Notes: a model not told the origin generated them from the sequence alone. Numbered from the stretch's first letter, positions 36,762 to 47,234 are shown. The stretch: DNA of 64,000 nucleotides from an uncultured Hyphomicrobiales bacterium (GCA_964620125.1 CAZUGQ010000006.1:6216-70215), one strand, 5' to 3'. A program made the numbers and translations.

Positions 36762-39599
36762 CTATCTCAAGACAACCAATGACCTTCTGGATACCACAAC
36801 GCCATTCAGCAGCCGCACATCATAGGTGCCGGACGGAAGTGCACTCACATCGGCAGCAACCAACGTGGGTGCGTTGCTGGTAACCCAAGTACTCCACACC
36901 TTCTGGCCTTGAACATCGTGTATGGCAAGCTCACCATTGTGTACAGGACCCGTTATGGGTATCGTAACCAGTGATCGTGCTGGAATTGGGAACGGCGTGC
37001 CAAGAGTTTGGTTCTGGCTGGAGAACAGCGAATCCTGCGGCCGACCAACCTGTGATGTTGCGGATCCAAGCTCGTAGAGTCTGCTCTCCAACGTATCGAT
37101 GACCAACACCTGTCGATAGGATCTGCGACTCCTTGGTTCGAGTGGGTACAGGAATCGCATGCCGGTTGCCGCTGCTACGTCTGCATCCGACAGCTCCACG
37201 CCAACTTCTTCTCCACGTAGCATAGAACTTTTTCTTCCAATGGGAAAGCCGGCGTATGTAGTGGAGTTGTCAACCAGCACAGTTATGGGCATGGCATCGG
37301 TGTGGTAACTGCTCGTCTGCATTAGAACAAGGGGCTCACCATTCACGATGCTCCCTGCAACAATCTCGGCCACCGAGGTGCCCTTTCGCACGAAGTTGTG
37401 TGCGGGGTTGGTGCCGAGATCCCAGTCCAGATACCAGGCAACACCAACATTGCGGAGAACACTATCAGATGTGTTCTCCACGGTAACATCCAGCACCACT
37501 ACACCACTATCCTTTGATGCAACAAAGGCCTGGACTTCCGCGCGAACACCCAAACGCAGCGAGTCGGGTGCATCTGCGTCAGTGAACACGGCAGTAAGGG
37601 GCTCTGGTGCAACGAATGGCTTGAGTGGATGAAAGAAGTCATGAACGCCACGTTCCGCTCGCACAGCATCGACAACCAATCCATTGGCTCCAATCATCAA
37701 CCCACCTTCGTAGAGCTGCCCGCAGAACCTGCGATACACCAAGCCGTCACCTTGACCACGTTGAATATCTGTGTTGCCAATCCGACCGCGGTCACCCAGT
37801 GAAACTGTAAGTACATCGTTTGACACGGTTCGAAATGCAGGTGCTGGTACCACTGCCACCTGGATCGGACGTTCATGAATCTCACCTGCACCGGTAGTAC
37901 CGCGAATTGTGGCCACGATGTAAACAGCCGTATCTGTTGACCGCTGTACAACACACGACGCCATTGGTATTCGCAATCGTTCGCCTGTCGAAAGCTCCTC
38001 GTTGATCGGAATAGTTGCCGAACTGATCAACGATACGGCTGAAGCCTGTGCACCCACCACGCGCACCTGTGCCAACTCCACAGCCGTCCACTCCGCCAGG
38101 ACCGACGTTCCGTCAAGGGTTATGTCGATGGTATCACCCACGCCCCACCGCTCATCTCCACTGCGTGCGCTAATCACGGGACTGCTCCATTCCATGGAGG
38201 GGAGACTGTCCGGCGACATGGATACGGCATTGAGGACATCGATGCGGCCGAAGGGAAGCAGGTCCGGAATCATAGTGCCGGGAACTTTAGTTCCCGGCAC
38301 TATGATTCCGCCATCCGAGCTCCACGGCGCCCTCCGCGCACTTTCACGCACTAAGGCACATGCCTGTATGGGAGTTAGGTCGGGATGCCGCGATCGCACC
38401 ATTCCTACAACGGCTGCAACAATTGGGCTCGCTCCAGACGTGCAGCAGAAGCCTCCATAGCCTCCGTCGTTCGAGGTGGTTAGGGTTTCCTGTCCGGGCG
38501 CCATCACATCAACCGTCGGACCATGCCCACTCATGGCAATCACAGAATCATCAGGATTGGTCACACCTACATTCAATACTCCGGGGTACGATCCGGGATA
38601 AAAGGATGTTGGCGTTCCGTGATTCCCTGCTGCAGCAACAATTGCTGTTCCCCGCGCAATGGTGTAGGCCACTACTGCCTCATCGATGCACGAGCGGTTG
38701 AAAGAACCCCACGAACAGTTCACAACGTCGATTCCATTCACTGCACAATACACGAGCGACTCGTATCCATATACGATGCCGCCCATATTGTCCGGCATGG
38801 TCTTGATTGGAACAAGCTTGTTGTTGCGGGTTACGCCCGCCACTCCGATGGCATTGTTTGATGTAGCCCCACATATCCCGGCTACCCCTGTTCCATGACC
38901 CTCACGCTTGTTGAAGGTGTTGCCCGGTGGCGTTCCATCATCACTCGTGCAAAAGTTATACCCTCGGTGGTCATCCACGTACCCGTTCCCATCATCATCA
39001 ATGCCATTGGCTGGTACCTCTGCAGTGTTCACATGTATGGCATCCTTCAAGTCTTCATGATCCTGCAACACTCCACTGTCACTAATGCCAATCAGGACGG
39101 TATCGGAGCCCCCTTCCACATCCCACGCAGTAAACACGCGAATTGAATCCAACATCCTCTGGTCTGCAAGTCGAGCGTCGTTCGGACGCTCCAGAAGTTG
39201 CTGCACAACAACAGGACTGCAACATTCAACAAGAGTGCATGAACGTAGCAGCTGTTCCATCATCCTCTCCGGTGGCACGGAAGGATCGAATCGTATAACG
39301 TATGATCTGAGAAGGGGCTCTTCGAGTCGCAGGATTTCTTGGTGATTCTGCGTTTCACTTCCCGGTTTCATGGCATGATACGATGCCTGGTACGGCAGCA
39401 TCGCGTACTCGATTTCTGCCCCAAGGTCGCGCAGAACTGCAGCATGCTGATATCGTGGTATACCCGCCTGCAACATGACCTTGAGCCTACCAGCAACAAC
39501 CGGTTCACTGCGTATCCCTATCTGCGGCTGGAGAACGGTCTGTGCAGTGAGTGTTGCTGCGCAGCACACTGCACATATGTGTGCAAGAAGTGTTCGCAT
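36762..39599 (-). CDS. Secreted subtilisin-like S8 serine peptidase with Ca-binding insert, beta-sandwich domains and T9SS C-terminal sorting domain
   Basis: Signal peptide; catalytic D (GISDSGV), H (HGTGVAGI) and S (CTSGASPIVAA); DDDGNGYVDDHRGYN insert; C-terminus ...LAIHDVQGQKVWS...LPSGTYDVRLLNGVVVSRRSLVVLR. Confidence 0.85.
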   Translation of the reverse strand: MRTLLAHICAVCCAATLTAQTVLQPQIGIRSEPVVAGRLKVMLQAGIPRYQHAAVLRDLGAEIEYAMLPYQASYHAMKPGSETQNHQEILRLEEPLLRSYVIRFDPSVPPERMMEQLLRSCTLVECCSPVVVQQLLERPNDARLADQRMLDSIRVFTAWDVEGGSDTVLIGISDSGVLQDHEDLKDAIHVNTAEVPANGIDDDGNGYVDDHRGYNFCTSDDGTPPGNTFNKREGHGTGVAGICGATSNNAIGVAGVTRNNKLVPIKTMPDNMGGIVYGYESLVYCAVNGIDVVNCSWGSFNRSCIDEAVVAYTIARGTAIVAAAGNHGTPTSFYPGSYPGVLNVGVTNPDDSVIAMSGHGPTVDVMAPGQETLTTSNDGGYGGFCCTSGASPIVAAVVGMVRSRHPDLTPIQACALVRESARRAPWSSDGGIIVPGTKVPGTMIPDLLPFGRIDVLNAVSMSPDSLPSMEWSSPVISARSGDERWGVGDTIDITLDGTSVLAEWTAVELAQVRVVGAQASAVSLISSATIPINEELSTGERLRIPMASCVVQRSTDTAVYIVATIRGTTGAGEIHERPIQVAVVPAPAFRTVSNDVLTVSLGDRGRIGNTDIQRGQGDGLVYRRFCGQLYEGGLMIGANGLVVDAVRAERGVHDFFHPLKPFVAPEPLTAVFTDADAPDSLRLGVRAEVQAFVASKDSGVVVLDVTVENTSDSVLRNVGVAWYLDWDLGTNPAHNFVRKGTSVAEIVAGSIVNGEPLVLMQTSSYHTDAMPITVLVDNSTTYAGFPIGRKSSMLRGEEVGVELSDADVAAATGMRFLYPLEPRSRRSYRQVLVIDTLESRLYELGSATSQVGRPQDSLFSSQNQTLGTPFPIPARSLVTIPITGPVHNGELAIHDVQGQKVWSTWVTSNAPTLVAADVSALPSGTYDVRLLNGVVVSRRSLVVLR

Positions 39600-39600
39600 G

Positions 39601-42435
39601 CTATCGATTAATAACGAAGGGCAGGGTTACCAATCCACTGGATGTACGCACTCTGCAGGCATACACGCCTGGTGAAAGATGCTGCAGGTTTACGGTTGCT
39701 GTCATTACACAGTCGGTGTTCTGTTCATACACGGTAGATCCGTGTACATCTACAATCATCACTCGATCAAAGGGAACGGATGAAGTAGCCGTAATCCCAT
39801 CCTGCGTGGGATTCGGCCACACCTGCATCTGCACAGCTCGAGCTTCGGTCACGGAGTTTGGCGTTGCAATGGTTTCGCGTACCACCCGAGATGCCTCATC
39901 GGCCGACGAGCCTACGCCAATCACAACCATAAATGAACGCTTCTCGCCTGGCTGAAGCTCTCCTGGAAACTTCATCCCAATGGCACAACATGCATCGCCA
40001 GCTCGCGTGGTCTGGATGGAGGTGCCACTGTTCAAAAGCGTGATGGCATTGGCATCATCCAAATCTTGTGCATACTCATACAACATCATTCCGGCACATT
40101 GGGGTTGAACACTGGGTTCGGCCGACACTGCAGCACACGCTATCGCAATCGGGAAGTTCTGACGCTGAAACATGAGTGCCTCGCCAGTAGATCGCATCGA
40201 TGTGGGTATACACTCCGGTGCAAGGCGCACTGTGTTGTCAAGACCGCTGGGCCCGATATCGAAATCAAACAGATACCCGGCACTTACATCGCGGAGGACG
40301 TTACCTGAACGGTTTTCAACCTCTATGCTGATGACGGTTGACGGTACATCCGGCCCCGGGAACGTACACCGCTGACTAATGCGCACTCCAATCTGATTCG
40401 GGTGTGATACATCAACCATCACTCCACGATTCTGCTCGGGTGCAGTAAATGGTTTTTCGACTTCGAAATCGGTAGGGTCAGCATGATTGTCATAGGCACG
40501 AACCACACGAGACAAATTCTCCGTTAGCATGAATCCACTATACCATCCAAGGTCCTGCTGAACCTCCAGCCAACCAAGTCCGCCGCCTTCAGCAATGGTG
40601 TTGGCCCATTGCGATGTTGCGAATCCGAATGTTCCGTTATCACCGATGGAATAGCGAAGCTGATTGTTACTCATGGTGCTCATCACTGATGGCTGAGGAA
40701 TGTAGGCCACCACCACATCCACACCGCTATCGTCTTCCAGGTGAACCATCACCATCAAAGGTTCTCGATTGGTGGTCTCTACAATCAGGGTAAACGGCCC
40801 AATACGAACCTCTCCACCTGATGGAACCGCATCCACACGTACCTGATTTGTTGAGAGTGTTGCAGTCCACCCAGGGTTGTCGTTGATTTCTGCAGAACAC
40901 AGTAGCTGGCTGCTCGGCCCAAGATCGTTCACTACATCGAAATGCAACAGCACCGTGTCGCCTGCACGATACCGTGTTAGTGGAACTCCCTCCTTTGTTG
41001 TCATCACAACCTGTTTGAGCCTGAATCCTGGTCTCTGCATCGGATCCTGCAACACTGCCTGGTAAGCGTTCAAGCGTGGCGGCACAACGTTTGGATAGAA
41101 TGGGTTGAGTTGCCCGATCTCGATGGCTGTTCGCCGCAGGTGTGTACCTACCTGCCGTGTGTTTAACTGTGGCCATCGCGTTCGTACCAATGCTGCTGCT
41201 CCTGCAACAAAGGGGGCTGCAAAGGAGGTTCCGCTTATCCCACTGCTGCTGTAGCCACCTCCATAGAGAGTGGTGAGTGCACCGTTGCCAGGAGCACAAA
41301 CCAAACCATTACCTAGCAAACCGGATGTCGTTGTTACCTTGTCTTCAGGAGTGGTCTCGGATGCACCGATTACCCCGTCGTAACCCGATGGATAGTTGAA
41401 CTGCCGCCATCCGGACCCTCCTACGCCGTTACCGTGATTGCCGGCACTTGCCACCACTACCATACCCAAGGCATTGCAGTAATCAATCACTGCCTTGTCG
41501 ATATGACTGTATGGCTTTGGCATGTTCGCATCATTCTGTGTTCCAAACGAACAGTTGGCTACTGCAAATCCCATCTCCGCCGCGTAAATCATCGCTTCGT
41601 ACCCAAAGAGGATTCCTCCGGTGTTTCGCAACGCTGTTTTGATGGGAAAGATCTTGCAGCGATTCCCTGCTCCGGCGATGCCCAAAACATTGTTGGTGGC
41701 TGCTCCAACAATGCCAGCAACACTGGTACCATGACCCTGTTGACCAACGTTTGCAGTGTTTCCTGGTTCAGTGCCGTCAAAAAGCCATGTGAGATTGGCC
41801 CCGTTGTAGTCGTCAACAACGCCATTGCCATCATCATCGATGCGATTGCCGGGAACTTCTGCCTGATTGATCCAGATGTTGGGCCTAAGATCTTCATGAG
41901 TTTGGTCTACACCGTTGTCAATAATCGCGATCACCTGGTTGCTGTCTCCCTGCACGAGATCCCATGCCAAAGGGAACTGTGCAACCTGCAGGCCTGTCTG
42001 TTGCGAGAACTCTGCGTCGTTAGGCGTCCACTGCGTTGCTAACACATACCACGGCTCGGCATATTCAACCGATGGATACTTTCGCAGTTGGGCACTTACG
42101 CTGCGAGGGTCTGCCGTACCCTCGTACCTAAGTACAGCGCAACGAGCAAGCCTCTCATGTGCACGCATGACGTTCGTTGTTCCCCTAGCCGGCCGGGACA
42201 TCATTGACGCCGCCTGCCACGATCGTGGTGTTACGAACCGGTGAGCAATCTGAAAGCCTGCCGGAAGGTCTGCCTCTGCGAACCACGGCGTATCCATCAT
42301 CACTCGCACATGCCCTGCCACCATCTCTACACCATCCACCGTGATGATCTGTAAGGGGGCTTGGGCCTGCGCATGGCACATTGCACGCATCAGGATGAGG
42401 ATAACTAGACTGACGATTGTTTTGGTACGGCACAT
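39601..42435 (-). CDS. Secreted subtilisin-like S8 serine peptidase, a paralog of the adjacent gene, with T9SS C-terminal sorting domain
   Basis: Signal peptide; D (IIDNGVDQTHEDL), H (HGTSVAGIVGA) and S (GTSFAAPFVAGAAAL); IDDDGNGVVDDYNGAN insert; C-terminus ...VWPNPTQDGI...LSPGVYACRVRTSSGLVTLPFVINR. Confidence 0.85.
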   Translation of the reverse strand: MCRTKTIVSLVILILMRAMCHAQAQAPLQIITVDGVEMVAGHVRVMMDTPWFAEADLPAGFQIAHRFVTPRSWQAASMMSRPARGTTNVMRAHERLARCAVLRYEGTADPRSVSAQLRKYPSVEYAEPWYVLATQWTPNDAEFSQQTGLQVAQFPLAWDLVQGDSNQVIAIIDNGVDQTHEDLRPNIWINQAEVPGNRIDDDGNGVVDDYNGANLTWLFDGTEPGNTANVGQQGHGTSVAGIVGAATNNVLGIAGAGNRCKIFPIKTALRNTGGILFGYEAMIYAAEMGFAVANCSFGTQNDANMPKPYSHIDKAVIDYCNALGMVVVASAGNHGNGVGGSGWRQFNYPSGYDGVIGASETTPEDKVTTTSGLLGNGLVCAPGNGALTTLYGGGYSSSGISGTSFAAPFVAGAAALVRTRWPQLNTRQVGTHLRRTAIEIGQLNPFYPNVVPPRLNAYQAVLQDPMQRPGFRLKQVVMTTKEGVPLTRYRAGDTVLLHFDVVNDLGPSSQLLCSAEINDNPGWTATLSTNQVRVDAVPSGGEVRIGPFTLIVETTNREPLMVMVHLEDDSGVDVVVAYIPQPSVMSTMSNNQLRYSIGDNGTFGFATSQWANTIAEGGGLGWLEVQQDLGWYSGFMLTENLSRVVRAYDNHADPTDFEVEKPFTAPEQNRGVMVDVSHPNQIGVRISQRCTFPGPDVPSTVISIEVENRSGNVLRDVSAGYLFDFDIGPSGLDNTVRLAPECIPTSMRSTGEALMFQRQNFPIAIACAAVSAEPSVQPQCAGMMLYEYAQDLDDANAITLLNSGTSIQTTRAGDACCAIGMKFPGELQPGEKRSFMVVIGVGSSADEASRVVRETIATPNSVTEARAVQMQVWPNPTQDGITATSSVPFDRVMIVDVHGSTVYEQNTDCVMTATVNLQHLSPGVYACRVRTSSGLVTLPFVINR

Positions 42436-42473
42436 GGCTTTTCGCAGTTTTCGGACCCGTTATCACGAGCACC

Positions 42474-44183
42474 ATGGAAGAAGAACAGAATTTCATCGTC
42501 ACGGCGCGCAAATGGCGTCCGCTCAGATTCACCGACGTTGTTGGGCAGGAGCATGTTACCACAACGCTCCGCAACGCCATCCGCACAGGTCGCGTGCACC
42601 ATGCCTACCTGTTCACCGGACCACGTGGTGTAGGCAAGACTACGTGCGCACGTATCCTGGCTCGAGCCTTGAATTGTTTGTCCCCGCAGGATGCTGAACC
42701 GTGTAATGCCTGTGTGGCGTGTACAGAGGTTTTAGACAGCCGAAGTGTAGACGTTATCGAGATTGACGGTGCCTCCAACAACAGTGTTGATGATGTTCGG
42801 AAACTACGCGACAATGCCAAATATTCCCCGGTTTCGGGTCGGTACAAGCTGTACATCATCGACGAAGTGCACATGCTCTCAACGGCAGCCTTTAATGCCT
42901 TGCTGAAGACGTTAGAAGAGCCCCCCCCTCATCTGGTGTTCGTATTTGCCACAACTGAAATCCACAAGGTACCTGCCACCATACTCAGTCGTTGCCAGCG
43001 GTTCGACTTTCGCAGGATGGAGATTGCCAGCATTGTTAGCCATCTCTCCACCATTGCCAAGGCCGAAGGCATCGCTGTGGAAGAAGAGGCGCTTGTGGCC
43101 ATTGCACGCAAGGCTGACGGCTCGATGCGTGATTCGCAGAGCATCTTTGACCAGGTGGTTGCATTCTGCGGCAACACAATCGGCATGGCCGATGTTGCCG
43201 ATGCGTTACATCTGATTGATACCGACTTCTTTTTTGACATTAGCATTGCCGCACGTGAAAACAATGTGGCGCGCATGTTTGATCTCTCCCGCGCCGTTGT
43301 TTCCCGGGGATATGATTTGCAAGAATGCCTCGTTGGCTTACTTGAACACTACCGCAACCTTCTCACGGTCGTTGCCACGGGCTCTGCCGATCTTATTGAA
43401 GGGGCTGAAGTAACACGCGCACGGTATGTGGAAGAAGCAGCCAAATACAGTCAGACAGATTTGGTGCGACTCATGGCAGCCGTCAGCCAGGGGGAATCCA
43501 TGCTGCGGCAGAACCCACCGCAGCCACGTGTTCGATTTGAGTTTACGCTGGTAAAACTTGCCACTATGGACAGCAGCGTTGACCTTACCGAGTTGCTTGC
43601 CCGATTGGGAGCTGCACCAACAGCACATCCCGTTGGTGGCGTGCCGGTTGCGATGAAGGTTGGTCCGCGTACTACATCGGCAGCTATGCAGGCAGGTAAG
43701 CCAAAGCCCCCTAACGTAGCACAGACTGTTAGCACATCGCTTCAGCCGATTTCGAATTTCAAGCAGAAGATCAAGTCGCGCACGGAGCCTGTGAACAGCT
43801 TGAGTTCGTTAGAGATTGCGCAGCGGTGGACGGAAGTGCTTGCTGCATTACCAGAGCATCTGGCCTTTGTGCGTTCGTCGGTAAAACAAGGTGTGCTGGG
43901 AGTAGACTTCTCCGAAGTAGGTCTGCTTCTCCGTCCAACAGCAGAGATCATCGCCCATCGGCTTGCAGACAAGCTGCCGCAGTTCAAGGAGCATCTTGCC
44001 AGTGTTTATGGCACTCCAGTGGGTGTTCAGGTCGTAGCAGTTCCGCAGGTACAGCAGCCTGTGAATCAGGAGAATCTGATACCAGGAAGCGAAGGCGCAC
44101 CACTTTCAGCATCTGGATATACGCCGCTACCCATCGAGGAAGCGTTGATACGCCTGTTCAGTGCCAGACGTGTTGGAGCTTGA
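42474..44183 (+). CDS. dnaX: DNA polymerase III subunit gamma/tau
   Basis: The start chosen at MEEEQNFIVTARKWRP... matches the conserved DnaX N-terminus. Walker A GPRGVGKTT, the Zn module C..C..C and a long tau C-terminal extension are present. Confidence 0.9.
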   Translation: MEEEQNFIVTARKWRPLRFTDVVGQEHVTTTLRNAIRTGRVHHAYLFTGPRGVGKTTCARILARALNCLSPQDAEPCNACVACTEVLDSRSVDVIEIDGASNNSVDDVRKLRDNAKYSPVSGRYKLYIIDEVHMLSTAAFNALLKTLEEPPPHLVFVFATTEIHKVPATILSRCQRFDFRRMEIASIVSHLSTIAKAEGIAVEEEALVAIARKADGSMRDSQSIFDQVVAFCGNTIGMADVADALHLIDTDFFFDISIAARENNVARMFDLSRAVVSRGYDLQECLVGLLEHYRNLLTVVATGSADLIEGAEVTRARYVEEAAKYSQTDLVRLMAAVSQGESMLRQNPPQPRVRFEFTLVKLATMDSSVDLTELLARLGAAPTAHPVGGVPVAMKVGPRTTSAAMQAGKPKPPNVAQTVSTSLQPISNFKQKIKSRTEPVNSLSSLEIAQRWTEVLAALPEHLAFVRSSVKQGVLGVDFSEVGLLLRPTAEIIAHRLADKLPQFKEHLASVYGTPVGVQVVAVPQVQQPVNQENLIPGSEGAPLSASGYTPLPIEEALIRLFSARRVGA

Positions 44184-44226
44184 GCCGTAGGTTTGTGCAT
44201 GTTTCCGGATTGTTGCAAGGTGCTAT

Positions 44227-44700
44227 ATGGCGCTTGAAGAAGGAGTGCGGGCACCATCCTTTACCGCACCAGCCGATGGTGGACGCACGCTAACACTCAA
44301 AGATCTTCGCGGGTCGTGGGTGCTTTTGTACTTCTATCCCGAAGATGATACACCAACATGCACGGCGCAGGCATGCACATTCCGCGATGGGATGGAGCAG
44401 CTTACCCAGCTTGGCATCACGGTTGTAGGTGTAAGTCCAGACCATCCATCGGCTCACGATGCTTTCAAGGCCAAATACAACCTGAACTTCAGCTTGGTTG
44501 CCGATCCCAAACTCAAGATCATGCATGCGTATGATGTATGGAAACTCAAGAAGCTGTATGGTAACGAGCACATGGGAGTGGTTCGCACCAGCTACCTTAT
44601 TGATCCAAAGGGTATCATCAAACGAGTGTGGACCAATGTGCGCCATGCACGCCACCTGCAGCAGATCAGGCAAGCCATGGAGCAGCTCGGTGCCGCATGA
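44227..44700 (+). CDS. bcp: Thioredoxin-dependent peroxiredoxin Bcp
   Basis: YFYPEDDTPTCTAQAC peroxidatic Cys motif, 157 aa. Confidence 0.85.
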   Translation: MALEEGVRAPSFTAPADGGRTLTLKDLRGSWVLLYFYPEDDTPTCTAQACTFRDGMEQLTQLGITVVGVSPDHPSAHDAFKAKYNLNFSLVADPKLKIMHAYDVWKLKKLYGNEHMGVVRTSYLIDPKGIIKRVWTNVRHARHLQQIRQAMEQLGAA

Positions 44701-46262
44701 TTGATTCCCACGCACACATAGATACCAAACCGTTTGACTCTGACCGACCACGTATGCTGCAGAGAGCCTGGGAGGCTGGACTGCAGGCTGTTATCGTGCC
44801 AGACATCGAACCTGCCCGACGAGCACACTTGATCGATGTAGTAAACGATGACGCTCGATTGTACCGTGGCATTGGTATTCACCCTCACCACATAGCCGAT
44901 CAACCACTGTCCGAACTGGACAGAATCGAAGAGGGTTCAGTCGATTCGAAGGTAGTTGCCATCGGAGAGATTGGTCTGGATTATTACTACGACTTTGCGC
45001 CACGCGACACGCAACTTTTCTGGTTTCGCAAGCAGATTGGAATCGCAAAACGAACTGGATTACCGATCATCGTGCACAATCGTGATGCCGATGATGATGT
45101 GCTTCAGGTGCTCACGGAAGAACAGGATGGAACTTTGCGTGGCGTGTTACATTGTTTCTCCAGTGGAATCGAAGTACTTGAACGGGCACTGGAACTTGGA
45201 TTTCATGTTTCGTTCACAGGCAATATCACCTTCAAGAAATCGGTTTTGTCGTCTGTTGTAAGCGCCGTACCAGCGGACCGCTTCATGCTCGAAACCGATT
45301 CACCCTACATCACGCCGGAACCACACCGCGGCACACGCAACGAACCAGCTCACGTGGCACTCGTTGCAGAGAAGATTGCCGAGATACGAGGCACCACTAT
45401 GAACGTCATAGCAGAGATTACCACGCGAACAGCTCGATCCTTCTTTGGATTGTTTTTAATGCTCCTCGCCATAACTAGCATGGCTGTAGCGCAGCCTACA
45501 CCACCCGTGGATGAGGACTATCCCGATGATCGAGATTGGGAAGTAGCACTAGACAACTATTATGCGGATAGCATTGCTTATGAAAAGTGGATCAAACCCC
45601 GCAAGCTTGGCATAGGAGTAACTGTGGGGTCACTAACACCTGTTGAGATTCAGCAACTCCTGCAAACGTATGACTACAGGGCTACCGGAAGCGCTACCGA
45701 CCCTTCACGGTGGAGTTTTTGGCCACGTGACGAAGGCCCGTCGCGCTCAGAGTCATTCTCAGGTCTCGTGGCCTATGGCGGCACAGTTACCTATGGTTTG
45801 TTTACGTCTCTCGTGCTAGAGGGCACGTTTCTGTATTCAGAGAACACAACACCAGCCTTGGAATACGGTCTCGACCCGATTACGTACACGGTTGGAGAAC
45901 TTACAGCATTGTATTCGTTGAACCCGTATAGCCGGGTAAACTTCCTTCCTCATGGCGGTTTGGTGTACACCAGCATTGATGACGGTACAACCAATAGAAC
46001 AAAGTTTGGCGTGAACTTCGGCGTTGGCATTGGAGCCAACATTGACACGCCTGTTGGTTTGTTCTATCCAATGTTCAACGTGCGATTCAACTTCCTGATT
46101 GGAACAGACCAGGATAGGATCGTGAGGCGATACACGGATCCCGAGACCAACCAGGAGTATGTAAACAGTGCCGACCCCAGCATCACATCCAGGGACCTGG
46201 CCGATGTAAACACCTTGCATTCGATTCTACGGTTCACGCTTCTGTACTACATCCCTTTCTAA
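44697..46262 (+). CDS. TatD-family metal-dependent hydrolase/DNase (~255 aa) that continues in-frame, without a stop, into a signal-peptide-like hydrophobic segment and a ~270-aa outer-membrane beta-barrel-like domain ending in ...LLYYIPF
   Basis: The start overlaps the bcp stop (ATGA). TatD motifs are DSHAHID, EIGLDYYY and ...AEITTRTARSFFGLF, where TatD proteins normally terminate. The next segment is LFLMLLAITSMAVAQP, followed by alternating-hydrophobic beta-strand patterns and a C-terminal aromatic residue. Confidence 0.6.
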   Translation: MIDSHAHIDTKPFDSDRPRMLQRAWEAGLQAVIVPDIEPARRAHLIDVVNDDARLYRGIGIHPHHIADQPLSELDRIEEGSVDSKVVAIGEIGLDYYYDFAPRDTQLFWFRKQIGIAKRTGLPIIVHNRDADDDVLQVLTEEQDGTLRGVLHCFSSGIEVLERALELGFHVSFTGNITFKKSVLSSVVSAVPADRFMLETDSPYITPEPHRGTRNEPAHVALVAEKIAEIRGTTMNVIAEITTRTARSFFGLFLMLLAITSMAVAQPTPPVDEDYPDDRDWEVALDNYYADSIAYEKWIKPRKLGIGVTVGSLTPVEIQQLLQTYDYRATGSATDPSRWSFWPRDEGPSRSESFSGLVAYGGTVTYGLFTSLVLEGTFLYSENTTPALEYGLDPITYTVGELTALYSLNPYSRVNFLPHGGLVYTSIDDGTTNRTKFGVNFGVGIGANIDTPVGLFYPMFNVRFNFLIGTDQDRIVRRYTDPETNQEYVNSADPSITSRDLADVNTLHSILRFTLLYYIPF

Positions 46263-46270
46263 GCTTCATC

Positions 46271-46897
46271 ATGGTCACCATCCTAAGCGGGGCAGGCGTC
46301 GGCCACGAACTGTCCATCATCCGCAGCAAGGAATCGGACGTCGCCACATTTCGATCAGCTATCTACCGTATAGGATTGCACCTTGCCGTAACAACTGCTC
46401 AGCACTTACCGGGAGTATCGACTGTGGTTCACACACCTCTCGCACCCGCAACTGTTACCCGCATTGATGGTTCTGTAGTCCTTGTTCCTGTTTTGCGTGC
46501 AGGTTTGGGATTGCTGAGTGCCTTCATGGAGGTGATACCCACAGCCATCGTAGGTTTCGAGGGCCTTCGGCGCAACGAAGCCACACTCCAGCCCGAGGAA
46601 TACTACCGCAACATCCCTTCGGTAGACGAACAGACCAGCTACGTTATCCTCGACCCGATGCTGGCCACAGGGGGTAGCTTAAGTGCAACGATCTCGCGGC
46701 TGCAGGATCAGCCTCATCGAACCATTATTGCCTCCTGCATCATCGCCGCGCCCGAAGGCTTGCAGCGTGTGCAGGAAAAACATCCCAGTGTGCACGTTAT
46801 CGTTGCCGCAGTAGATGATGGACTTAACGATCACGGCTTCATCGTGCCGGGACTCGGTGATGCTGGCGACAGAATGTACGGAACCTTCCAGAACTGA
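46271..46897 (+). CDS. upp: Uracil phosphoribosyltransferase
   Basis: UPRTase PRPP-binding motif (YVILDPMLATGGS) and 208 aa. Confidence 0.85.
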   Translation: MVTILSGAGVGHELSIIRSKESDVATFRSAIYRIGLHLAVTTAQHLPGVSTVVHTPLAPATVTRIDGSVVLVPVLRAGLGLLSAFMEVIPTAIVGFEGLRRNEATLQPEEYYRNIPSVDEQTSYVILDPMLATGGSLSATISRLQDQPHRTIIASCIIAAPEGLQRVQEKHPSVHVIVAAVDDGLNDHGFIVPGLGDAGDRMYGTFQN

Positions 46898-46997
46898 AAA
46901 TATTTCTTTCGCTACGTATGAATTGCGCTTGGCATCCCGATGTGTTGGATGTACATTGTGGCTAATCACGATCTCTCCAATTACGCCCGAGGTAACC

Positions 46998-47234
46998 ATG
47001 AAGATCTTCCATTTTGGCAAGCACAGCGTCCCTTTCTCCGACATTCACGATATCAACGTGGAATACAAGTATCACGACAATGAAATCTTCGTTGACCTGG
47101 AGATCAATGGTGGAGCTCAGCTAAGCTTGAATCTGCCCGATTCATTGGAGTTCATGGAGCAATTCATCGCCAAGATCCGCGAAGTGAAAGATATTCGCGT
47201 AGATCAACCGCGCACTATCGAGTCTACAAATTGA
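46998..47234 (+). CDS. Small hypothetical protein (78 aa)
   Basis: ORF preceded by GAGGTAACC at RBS distance. The longer upstream extension would overlap upp. Confidence 0.4.
   Translation: MKIFHFGKHSVPFSDIHDINVEYKYHDNEIFVDLEINGGAQLSLNLPDSLEFMEQFIAKIREVKDIRVDQPRTIESTN

Noticed and set aside
44628-44696. Upstream in-frame extension of the tatD ORF overlapping the bcp 3' end
   Set aside because: The conserved TatD N-terminus (MIDSHAHID) begins at the ATG overlapping the bcp stop. The extension has no homology and would overlap bcp by 70 nt.
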